NCBI GenBank assembly: GCA_018710905.1
Contig: DVIZ01000074.1
Coordinates: forward strand, 3,142-67,141
Origin: Candidatus Scybalomonas excrementigallinarum
GTDB taxonomy: Bacteria > Bacillota > Clostridia > Lachnospirales > Lachnospiraceae
DNA length: 64,000 nt
Reading direction: 5' to 3'
Part shown: one piece after another, positions 56,927-64,000 of the stretch
Numbering within the stretch: the first letter of the stretch is position 1
How the letters are laid out: each line of letters starts with the position of its first letter
The notes under the pieces: generated by a model
What the model was told of the DNA's origin: nothing
Databases searched by the model: none
Seen by the model: the letters and a program-made list of their open reading frames with translations, nothing else
Program-made: the position numbers and the translations under genes

Positions 56927-58144
56927 CTATTTTAAATGGAATAATTTTTCAATTTCGTCTGTCTTAATATTAGCTCCAATGACACAGAGACGTCCTGTAT
57001 AATCTGGAGAACCTTCTCTCATTTCATATTCACCTGGAACTAAGTCAAAATAAATCCAACCACCATCTGTTGCTGGTAACATCCCTTTTGCACGAAGAAT
57101 CATACCATAGGAATCATCCGCAGAAAGAGTTTTTAAAATCTCTTCTACATCAGAACGTTCAAACTTCTTAGGTGTCTCTGTTCCCCAACTTGTAAACACC
57201 TCATCTGCATGATGATGATCATGGTGATGGTCATGTCCACAGCCACAACCTTCATGATCGTGGTCATGATGATGTTCATGATGATCGTGTCCACAGCCAC
57301 AGCCTTCATGGTCATGATGATGTTCATGATGATCGTGTCCACAGCCACAACCTTCATGGTCGTGGTCATGATGATGCTCGTGATGATCATGTCCACAGCC
57401 ACAACCTTCATGATCGTGGTTATGATGATGCTCGTGATGGTCATGTCCACAGCCACAGCCTTCATGGTCATGATCATGATGGTGTTCGTGAACATGTCCA
57501 CATTCTGGGCAAACTTCAACTTCTTTTAACAGATCTTGCATAAAGGAATCATTACGCTCCATTGTCTGTAAAATCTGTTTTCCATCTAACTCTTCCCATG
57601 GAGTTGTAATAATGGCAGCATCTTTATTTTTTTCCCTTAAAAGTTCTACTGCCTTCTCTAATTTCTCTTCTTTAATATTTCCTGTTCTGCTTAAAATAAT
57701 GGTTCCTGCATTTTCTACTTGGTTATTATAAAATTCACCAAAGTTCTTCATATACATTTTACACTTATTAGCATCAGCAACTGTTGTAAAACTATTTAAT
57801 ACCATGTCTGTTCCATCTTGCACGTTCTGAACGGCTTTAATAACATCAGATAACTTCCCTACTCCTGAAGGTTCAATAATAACACGTTCTGGATGGTAAC
57901 GATCAATAACTTCTTTTAATGCTGTTCCAAAATCACCAACTAAAGAACAGCAAATACATCCAGAATTCATTTCTGTAATTTCGATTCCAGCGTCTTTTAA
58001 AAATCCACCATCAATGCCAATTTCACCAAACTCGTTTTCAATTAATACAACTTTTTCACCTTGAAACGCTTCGCTAAGTAACTTTTTAATTAATGTTGTT
58101 TTTCCAGCTCCAAGAAAACCAGAAATAATATCAATTTTTGTCAT
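56927..58144 (-). CDS. CobW/COG0523-family GTPase metallochaperone with His/Cys-rich tandem-repeat insert
   Basis: GFLGAGKTTL Walker A, GCICCS metal motif, and a CobW_C-like end (ILRAKGML...GRLCVIG). An insert of about 100 aa contains the EGCGCGHDHHEHHH(D/N)HDH units. Confidence 0.85.
   Translation of the reverse strand: MTKIDIISGFLGAGKTTLIKKLLSEAFQGEKVVLIENEFGEIGIDGGFLKDAGIEITEMNSGCICCSLVGDFGTALKEVIDRYHPERVIIEPSGVGKLSDVIKAVQNVQDGTDMVLNSFTTVADANKCKMYMKNFGEFYNNQVENAGTIILSRTGNIKEEKLEKAVELLREKNKDAAIITTPWEELDGKQILQTMERNDSFMQDLLKEVEVCPECGHVHEHHHDHDHEGCGCGHDHHEHHHNHDHEGCGCGHDHHEHHHDHDHEGCGCGHDHHEHHHDHEGCGCGHDHHEHHHDHDHEGCGCGHDHHHDHHHADEVFTSWGTETPKKFERSDVEEILKTLSADDSYGMILRAKGMLPATDGGWIYFDLVPGEYEMREGSPDYTGRLCVIGANIKTDEIEKLFHLK
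57205..57500. repeat. coding tandem repeat, 54-nt period (one 48-nt unit), about 5 copies
   Basis: GTCCACAGCCAC recurs at 57235, 57289, 57337, 57391 and 57445, with a partial copy at 57496. It produces spurious ORFs on both strands. Confidence 0.9.
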
Positions 58145-58495
58145 TTTTCTATCTCCTATCTTATTCTATATTGATTGACTTTCTTCTATTAAGAGATCAA
58201 TGTTTCATCATTCCATCTATCTTCAAATGCTTTTTCAGTATTTTATAAAGAAAATCTAGCTTTGTTTATCTAGCTCCAACCATATGTATACCACAAATTT
58301 CCCTTTTTCACAAGTTAAAGGCGAGAAGTTTTCTTGCATCTTTCCTCATCTTACCTTATAATTAAGTATTGCCAGCTATCTTTTTTCTAAACAAATGTTG
58401 GAAAAATATAGCTAATAACACAATAGAATCCCTTTATTTTTAACATTTAGGCTTGTTTCTATGTAGGATATAAAAATTAGAAAGAAGGTTAGCAT

Positions 58496-58726
58496 ATGCA
58501 TCAGTGGACAGCTAATGAGAAAAAACAACTATTAACGGATATTCGCGTTATAAAACGTCTTTACAGTCGCGATATTGAACCATCAGAAATTGCAGATATG
58601 ATGGAAACCGATTATGAATCTGTAGAATTAATTATCCAATTAATTGATGATGGATTTTATAGCTCTGATTTAGAACTTATGGAAGCCGCAATTATTCTTA
58701 TGACTTCCACTCCTGATCAAGAATAA
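58496..58726 (+). CDS. small acidic hypothetical protein
   Basis: 76 aa with an AGAAAGAAGG SD. No recognisable motif. Confidence 0.4.
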   Translation: MHQWTANEKKQLLTDIRVIKRLYSRDIEPSEIADMMETDYESVELIIQLIDDGFYSSDLELMEAAIILMTSTPDQE

Positions 58727-58790
58727 ATAGAAAAATATATCAAGAAACCTATTTTTCTATGCCATGAGATTTCAAACATGAAATCATAAG

Positions 58791-58919
58791 AACAAAGTGT
58801 GCGCCCAACACTCTTTGCGACTTTCGGTCACTTTGAGCAACGTACACTTTGCCGCGCGCGAGCAATTTGCGAAGCAAAATTTTTCCCATTGCGAGCTGCG
58901 CATCGTTCGCACGTAGTGC
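58791..58919. repeat. GC-rich repeat, copy B (extended)
   Basis: The first 74 nt or so align without gaps to 29561..29634. The remainder is unusually GC-rich for this window and carries reiterated TTGCGA(G/A)C motifs. Confidence 0.6.
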
Positions 58920-58974
58920 TTTTTTATGTTATAGGATAACTCGCCTTGCGAGGAATTTCCTATAACATAAAAAA
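58920..58974. repeat. 36-nt nested-hairpin repeat, copy 3, with perfect 17-bp inverted arms
   Basis: TTTTTTATGTTATAGGA (58920-58936) and TCCTATAACATAAAAAA (58958-58974) flank the inner stem CTCGC-CTT-GCGAG. Confidence 0.8.
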
Positions 58975-59003
58975 CAGATAGTAAGTTTTACTATCTGTTT
59001 TTC
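58969..59003. terminator. bidirectional intrinsic terminator
   Basis: A-tract, stem ACAGATAGTAA / TTACTATCTGT, T-tract. Confidence 0.7.
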
Positions 59004-59109
59004 TAAGTTTCTTACGTTGTATAATACGAATCAACATTATAAATATTTATAAGTAGCCATCAAAGATCTCATTTTAAAAAATATCTTTTATTGCATCGCT
59101 TCTCATTCA

Positions 59110-60177
59110 TTATTTATTTGTTGTTAATAAATCTACCAATTCCTGTACTTTTTTCTCTGTACAAATGATTCCATGATTAAGCCAGATTCTAGAATCTACC
59201 TCATATACTTTTCCTGATTGAACAGCAGGAACTTTCTTCCATAATGGATCTGCTTTGATTTCATCATAACGTACTTTTGCAGCTTCCACACTTTCTTGAT
59301 CAGCAGAACCATAACCAGCAATTAATATAATATTTTCTGCCTTTAAATCTGGAAGTGTTTCCATAGAAATAGCAAGATTTTCTGCAGTATCATATTCAAC
59401 CGCTATTGGATCCGGTTGTAATCCTAATCCTTCTTCTGCATATAAGAAATCACTCATTTCATTCGCAGAGTATGGATACAAACGAATTTCATTTTTTAAG
59501 ATACGAAGCATGGCTACTGTTTCATCACCAATTGCTTCTTGTAATTTTTTATTAGCATCTGCTAAGAATTCGTTATACTGCTCAATTCTAGCCTTTGCTT
59601 CGTCTTCTATTCCAAATACCGCACCAATTGCTAGAGTCGAATTCACTTTATCTTGTAAATTAAAGGCAATTGTTGGTGCAATTTTATTTAATTCATCATA
59701 TACCGTTTGATCAAAGGAATCACGAATGACAATTAAGTCTGGTTGATAAGATAAAATCTCCTCATAATTTACAGTATTTGCCTCTTCATCTACACTAAGA
59801 GACGCTATTCCTTTTTCGTTCATCTCATCTTCTAAATAAAAACCCTCAAAATTTCTTCCAGCTAGAAAATCAATATCCAATGCTAGTAATAAATCTTCCA
59901 TCTTAATAGAAATGACTCTTTGTGGATCTTTTGGTACGACAGTTGTTCCATATTTATGTTCTACAACTGCATTTCCCTCTTCATTAAAGGTAACACTTGC
60001 TGGTAATGAAAGAGAGGCACTTGCAACGGCATCCTTTTCATTTGTTGTACTCTCGGCACTTATTGTTCCCTCTGTTGTCTGGTTCATTGTGCTACTACTC
60101 GTAGAACCACAACCAGCAAATGCCATCATAGCAGCTCCTAACAGTGTCATTAACATAAACCCTTTTTTTAATTTCAT
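59110..60177 (-). CDS. iron-siderophore-type ABC transporter substrate-binding lipoprotein
   Basis: ATG at 60177 follows AGGAGG. Lipobox AFAGC. The body is periplasmic-binding-protein cluster-8-like (PDLIV..., W.K.PAV..GKVY). Confidence 0.8.
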   Translation of the reverse strand: MKLKKGFMLMTLLGAAMMAFAGCGSTSSSTMNQTTEGTISAESTTNEKDAVASASLSLPASVTFNEEGNAVVEHKYGTTVVPKDPQRVISIKMEDLLLALDIDFLAGRNFEGFYLEDEMNEKGIASLSVDEEANTVNYEEILSYQPDLIVIRDSFDQTVYDELNKIAPTIAFNLQDKVNSTLAIGAVFGIEDEAKARIEQYNEFLADANKKLQEAIGDETVAMLRILKNEIRLYPYSANEMSDFLYAEEGLGLQPDPIAVEYDTAENLAISMETLPDLKAENIILIAGYGSADQESVEAAKVRYDEIKADPLWKKVPAVQSGKVYEVDSRIWLNHGIICTEKKVQELVDLLTTNK

Positions 60178-60224
60178 ATTTCTTCCTCCTTTTAGTTCCT
60201 TAAACTTTTTCTTCTCTATTCTAT

Positions 60225-61034
60225 TTAGTAAACGGTTGTTACCTCGTATGGTAAGCATAGAGGTGCATTTGTTCTTGGATCATAAACAATATCCGCTTCA
60301 ATTCCAAATACCTGTTTACAAATTTCCTGTGTCACTACATCTTTTGGACTTCCTTCTGCCACAATTGTACCTTTTTTTATTGCAACAATATGATCTGCAT
60401 AACGAGAAGCATGATTTAAATCATGAACAATCATAACGATAGTTCTCTTATGTTGTTCATTGATTTTTTTTAATAGTTTTAATACTTCAAGCTGATGTGC
60501 CATATCTAAAAATGTCGTTGGCTCATCTAAAAATAGAACATCTGTATTTTGTGCAACTGCCATCGCAATCCATGCCCTCTGTCTTTGTCCTCCTGAAAGA
60601 TGCATTAAAGAACGATCTTCAAACTCTTTCATATGGGTCATTTCTAACGCCCAGTCAATAATATCTTGATCTTCTTGATTCAAAAGCGAAAATCCTTTTT
60701 TATATGGATTTCTTCCATAAGATACTAGTTCTCTTACAGTAAGACCTTCTGGAGACTCTGGATTCTGAGGTAAAACTGTCAAAAGTCTTGCAATCTCTTT
60801 TCCTGGCTGATTATGAATGGATTTCCCATCTAAAATAACCGCTCCCTTTGATGGCTGCATAATTCTACACATCGTTTTTAATATCGTTGATTTTCCTGAG
60901 CCATTTGCTCCGATTAAAGCCGTTATTTTTCCTTCTGGAATCTGCACAGATAGATTATCGACAATCACTCTTTTTCCATATGAAATTTGTATTTCATCCG
61001 CATAAAGCTCCACTGTATTTTCCTCCTTTCTCAA
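60225..61034 (-). CDS. iron-chelate ABC transporter ATP-binding protein (FecE/FepC-like)
   Basis: GANGSGKST, LSGGQRQRA and LFLDEPTTFLD. Confidence 0.9.
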   Translation of the reverse strand: MRKEENTVELYADEIQISYGKRVIVDNLSVQIPEGKITALIGANGSGKSTILKTMCRIMQPSKGAVILDGKSIHNQPGKEIARLLTVLPQNPESPEGLTVRELVSYGRNPYKKGFSLLNQEDQDIIDWALEMTHMKEFEDRSLMHLSGGQRQRAWIAMAVAQNTDVLFLDEPTTFLDMAHQLEVLKLLKKINEQHKRTIVMIVHDLNHASRYADHIVAIKKGTIVAEGSPKDVVTQEICKQVFGIEADIVYDPRTNAPLCLPYEVTTVY

Positions 61035-62056
61035 TCTGCTCGCATTAATAAATATAAGAAATATGGTGCTCCTACAATAGATACAACAATTCCTAGAGGA
61101 ATCTCATTTGGTTGTACAATCGTTCTTGAAATAAGATCGGCGGTAGAAAGCAAAAGTGCTCCCGAAAGTGTTGCAACAGGGATTACTTTTTCATGTCTTG
61201 GTCCTACAAGTTTTCTCGTTAAATGTGGACAAATCAAACCAACAAACCCAATTGCACCTCCAACGGCAATACTTGCACCAGCCAAAGCAACTGCCATCAT
61301 AAGAAAGATAAATCGTTCTCTTTTTAAATTTGCACCAAGACCAACAGAAACTTCATCACTTAATCTTAGAATATTCAACTTTCTAGAATGATAAAGGAAA
61401 TAAGGGATAATAATGCATACCCATGGAAGCAATGCAATAATATAGTTCCAATTACTTCCAAATAAACTTCCAATTGTCCAAATATTAACTCGATTAAATT
61501 TCTCTGGTGATAATCTTGTTGTTAAAATCAGTTCAATCGCTTGAATTCCTGCACTTACACCAATCCCAATAAGCACAAGACGTATCGGGGAAATTGCTTC
61601 TTCCTTCTTATGAGAAAGTCGATAGATACAAAGTGCTGTAATCGAAGCACCAATAATTGAAATCACTGGTAAAGTAAAAATACCTATCAATGTATTCACT
61701 GGTGTCAAATAAATAAATAGCAAAACGGATAATCCCCCACCAGCGTTAATTCCTAGTAAACTAGGACTTGCCAGTGAATTTTTGGATACTGCCTGAAATA
61801 CACAGCCTGATACTGATAATCCTGCTCCCACAAGCATTGCAAGAATTAATCGTGGTAAACGGAAACTAAACAAAATAAGTTCTTGTTGCTCTGTTCCTTG
61901 GCCAAATAATGTTTTTAGTGTCTCTTTTGGTGTTAGACTAATATAACCTGAATTGATACTAATCAATAAAACAGTAAGAAGTCCAATAATATGAAGCAAT
62001 ACTACTATGAGAAAACGAATATTTTGCTTATTCCTCATGCTATCTTCCTCCTTCAC
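61031..62056 (-). CDS. iron-chelate ABC transporter permease (FecCD family)
   Basis: FecCD pattern (R.PR...A...GA.L..SG...Q....N.LASP..LGI..G...). Confidence 0.9.
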   Translation of the reverse strand: MKEEDSMRNKQNIRFLIVVLLHIIGLLTVLLISINSGYISLTPKETLKTLFGQGTEQQELILFSFRLPRLILAMLVGAGLSVSGCVFQAVSKNSLASPSLLGINAGGGLSVLLFIYLTPVNTLIGIFTLPVISIIGASITALCIYRLSHKKEEAISPIRLVLIGIGVSAGIQAIELILTTRLSPEKFNRVNIWTIGSLFGSNWNYIIALLPWVCIIIPYFLYHSRKLNILRLSDEVSVGLGANLKRERFIFLMMAVALAGASIAVGGAIGFVGLICPHLTRKLVGPRHEKVIPVATLSGALLLSTADLISRTIVQPNEIPLGIVVSIVGAPYFLYLLMRAD

Positions 62057-63029
62057 TTTTCATTGCCAAATAGATAAAGAATGGCACACCTATCATTGCT
62101 GTAATCGCACCAAGTGGTGTTTCAAATGGTGGATTTACAATTCTTGCGAAAATATCTGCCAAAACAATCAATAACCCACCAAGCAACATTGAATATGGTA
62201 TTACCCATTTATAATCAGTTCCTACAAAAAATTTTGCTATATGCGGAATAATTAATCCCACAAAACTTACTGGTCCTACAATTGCTACGGAAGAACCTGT
62301 AAGAATTAATACAATTAACATTCCTTTTTTCTTAGTTCGTTCTGTCTTTTCTCCAAGATTAATAGCGACTTCTTCCCCAAGACTCAAAATTGTAATAGAC
62401 TTTGAAATAGCAACAGAAAAAATCAATCCGATTCCAATCCAAGGTACTACCAGTCTTACTTGTTCCCATCTTGCTCCTGAAACTCCACCTGCATTCCAAA
62501 ATGTCAATTCCTGTGACATTTTAAAAGCAATTGCCAATCCTTGACTAAAGGCACTAAATAATGAAGTAATTGCAGAACCTGCTAATGCTAAACGCATAGG
62601 AGTAGCTCCTTTTTTTTGCACAGAACTGACTGCATAAACCATAACAGTTGCACAAGCAGCTCCTAAAAAGGAAAATATAATCACCGTATTATAAGAAGCA
62701 GTTGGAACAAATGCCATAGCTATCGCTAATCCAAATCCCGCTCCTGAATTAATACCAAGGATAGACGGACTTGCCATTGGATTTCTTGTCATTCCTTGCA
62801 TAATTGCTCCTGACACAGAAAATGCTGCTCCAACCATAATCACTGTTAAAATACGAGGAATCCGCAAATGCATAATAATGATATGTGCATCATTATTAGA
62901 GTCATATTGAGAAAATGCTTCTAAAATTGTCTTGATATTAATATTTTTTACACCAAGCCTCACTGAAAGTATGGAAAAGAAAAAAAGTAATATCGTAGTG
63001 ATTAAAATAATTATGATCTTTTCTTTCAT
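62040..63029 (-). CDS. iron-chelate ABC transporter permease (FecCD family)
   Basis: Same family pattern as the adjacent gene (RIPRIL...GAAFSVSGAIMQG.TRNPMASPSILGI). Confidence 0.9.
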   Translation of the reverse strand: MKEKIIIILITTILLFFFSILSVRLGVKNINIKTILEAFSQYDSNNDAHIIIMHLRIPRILTVIMVGAAFSVSGAIMQGMTRNPMASPSILGINSGAGFGLAIAMAFVPTASYNTVIIFSFLGAACATVMVYAVSSVQKKGATPMRLALAGSAITSLFSAFSQGLAIAFKMSQELTFWNAGGVSGARWEQVRLVVPWIGIGLIFSVAISKSITILSLGEEVAINLGEKTERTKKKGMLIVLILTGSSVAIVGPVSFVGLIIPHIAKFFVGTDYKWVIPYSMLLGGLLIVLADIFARIVNPPFETPLGAITAMIGVPFFIYLAMKSEGGR

Positions 63030-63081
63030 TGAGCGTTTTCCATTATTTTTTATACTTTTGATTTTTCATCACTCCCATCTA

Positions 63082-63132
63082 GTTAGTCATGACTAACATC
63101 AGTATTATAGTATGACGTCGTACTTGAGTCAA
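63082..63132 (-). promoter_or_regulatory. promoter TTGACT-17-TATAAT with a perfect 16-bp palindrome at the predicted transcription start
   Basis: The -35 is at 63127-63132 and the -10 at 63104-63109. The palindrome GTTAGTCATGACTAAC spans 63082-63097. Confidence 0.6.
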
Positions 63133-63187
63133 GAATTTTTTCTATAATGAAAAAATTTATCGTATATTTTCGTAATGTAATATTTTC

Positions 63188-63216
63188 TTGACACATTTTT
63201 ATACACTGGCTAAGAT
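63188..63216 (+). promoter_or_regulatory. promoter for the LacI-family gene (TTGACA-17-TAAGAT)
   Basis: Hexamers with a 17-nt spacer lie about 30 nt upstream of the start codon. Confidence 0.55.
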
Positions 63217-63249
63217 ATAAATAATTTACATAAAAGGAAGGTTATGATT

Positions 63250-64000
63250 ATGATTACAATCAAAGATATTGCCAAAGCTGCCAATGTCTCAGACTCAACC
63301 GTCTCTATTGTATTAAATGGCAAGGCAAAAGAGAGAAAAATTTCAATACATACACAAAAAAAGGTGATAGAAGCAGCCCAAACATTAGGATATCGTCCCA
63401 ATCTCTCTGCACGTAGATTACGTCAAGAGCTTCCTTGTAAGCCTTCTATCGCTTTATATTGGTCATCTGACATCTCCTTAATTCGTGTGATACAAGGACT
63501 AAAAATAGCATCCAATGAAATTGATATCGATTATGATTTAATTATTCGAAATTACACTCCTAGACAATTAAACAAAGAAAAAGAATTAGTTGTTCCTAAT
63601 CTTTATTCTGGCATTATTATTTTAAATGCTACAGATGATGATATTGCTTATTTAGAGTCTCTTCCTTTTACACCTCCAATTGTTTTATGTAATCGTTTAT
63701 CAAAACGCTATACAACAATATTTGTGGATTTTGAAAAAGCTGGTGAACAAATTGCAACGGTATTTAAAAAGAATCATCATTCTAATGTTGCCATTATGCT
63801 AACTGAAAATAAAGAACAGCATATTCCAAAAAAGATTCAATCTTTTTTGGAATATGCTGAAACAAAAGGGATCGTGATACAAAAAGAGCATATTTTTCGA
63901 AGTGAACGTTCTATTCAAGGTGGAATCTCTAGTGCTAAGGCTTTACTGAACTGCCCAAATCCACCAAAGGCTATTTTATGCTCCAATGACTATATTGCTT
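63250..64000 (+). CDS. LacI family transcriptional regulator (3' end outside the window)
   Basis: Absent from the ORF track because no stop is reached. Reads MITIKDIAKAANVSDSTVSIVLNG...LGYRPN HTH, followed by a periplasmic-binding-fold sugar domain. AAGGAAGG SD. Confidence 0.85.
   Translation, partial: MITIKDIAKAANVSDSTVSIVLNGKAKERKISIHTQKKVIEAAQTLGYRPNLSARRLRQELPCKPSIALYWSSDISLIRVIQGLKIASNEIDIDYDLIIRNYTPRQLNKEKELVVPNLYSGIIILNATDDDIAYLESLPFTPPIVLCNRLSKRYTTIFVDFEKAGEQIATVFKKNHHSNVAIMLTENKEQHIPKKIQSFLEYAETKGIVIQKEHIFRSERSIQGGISSAKALLNCPNPPKAILCSNDYIA

Noticed and set aside
57205-57500. Possible CRISPR-like array, given regularly spaced repeats
   Set aside because: The units are contiguous with no unique spacers, are in frame within a CDS, and no cas genes are present. 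This is a coding tandem repeat.
57145-57529. Track ORFs 57145..57519 (-) and 57209..57529 (+), rich in Met, Ile, Val and Thr
   Set aside because: They are out-of-frame or antisense readings of the CAT/GAT-rich His/Asp tandem repeat inside the CobW gene. They have no SD and lie entirely within a well-supported CDS.
58791-58935. Possible small protein gene in the GC-rich repeat (open frame VRPTLFATFGHFEQRTLCRARAICEAKFFPLRAAHRSHVVLFYVIG)
   Set aside because: The homologous copy at 29561..29634 has stops in that frame and is open in a different one. There is no SD, so the conservation is at nucleotide or structure level.
63210-63401. 63-aa minus-strand ORF
   Set aside because: It is antisense to the clearly recognisable LacI-family HTH coding region, which begins at 63250 (+).

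Overview
AT-rich, low-GC Firmicutes (Clostridia-like) chromosomal segment. From about 1.9 kb to 63 kb nearly every gene is on the minus strand. Most of the window is housekeeping. This includes folE, glnS, the cysS-mrnC-rlmB cluster behind a Cys T-box leader, ispF, metNIQ, sbcDC, RNase P RNA, and tRNA-Thr, tRNA-Met and tRNA-Val. Accessory blocks are interleaved: (i) a response regulator / histidine kinase / 818-aa lipoprotein / ABC-2 transporter / cell-wall hydrolase operon; (ii) a decayed integrated element beside tRNA-Thr, with an integrase fragment, an orphan endolysin-type amidase and a fully equipped 21-codon Cys-rich micro-ORF; (iii) two tandem heterodimeric ABC exporter pairs split by a MarR gene; (iv) an 11-gene GNAT + Mrp-like cluster with four antiporter-like subunits and no redox module; (v) a CobW/COG0523 GTPase carrying five tandem His/Cys cassettes, followed by a degenerate P-loop protein fused to a DUF1980-type CCxxD domain; (vi) an iron-siderophore-type ABC importer whose promoter carries a perfect 16-bp palindrome. 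Two small repeat families are also present: a 36-nt nested hairpin found next to terminators, and a GC-rich element of about 75 nt. No CRISPR array, intact IS or recognisable known defence system was found. The strongest candidates for undescribed biology are the CobW module, the multi-MrpD cluster, the micro-ORF cassette and the TCS-lipoprotein-ABC operon. All functional calls come from motif recognition by eye, since no searches could be run.
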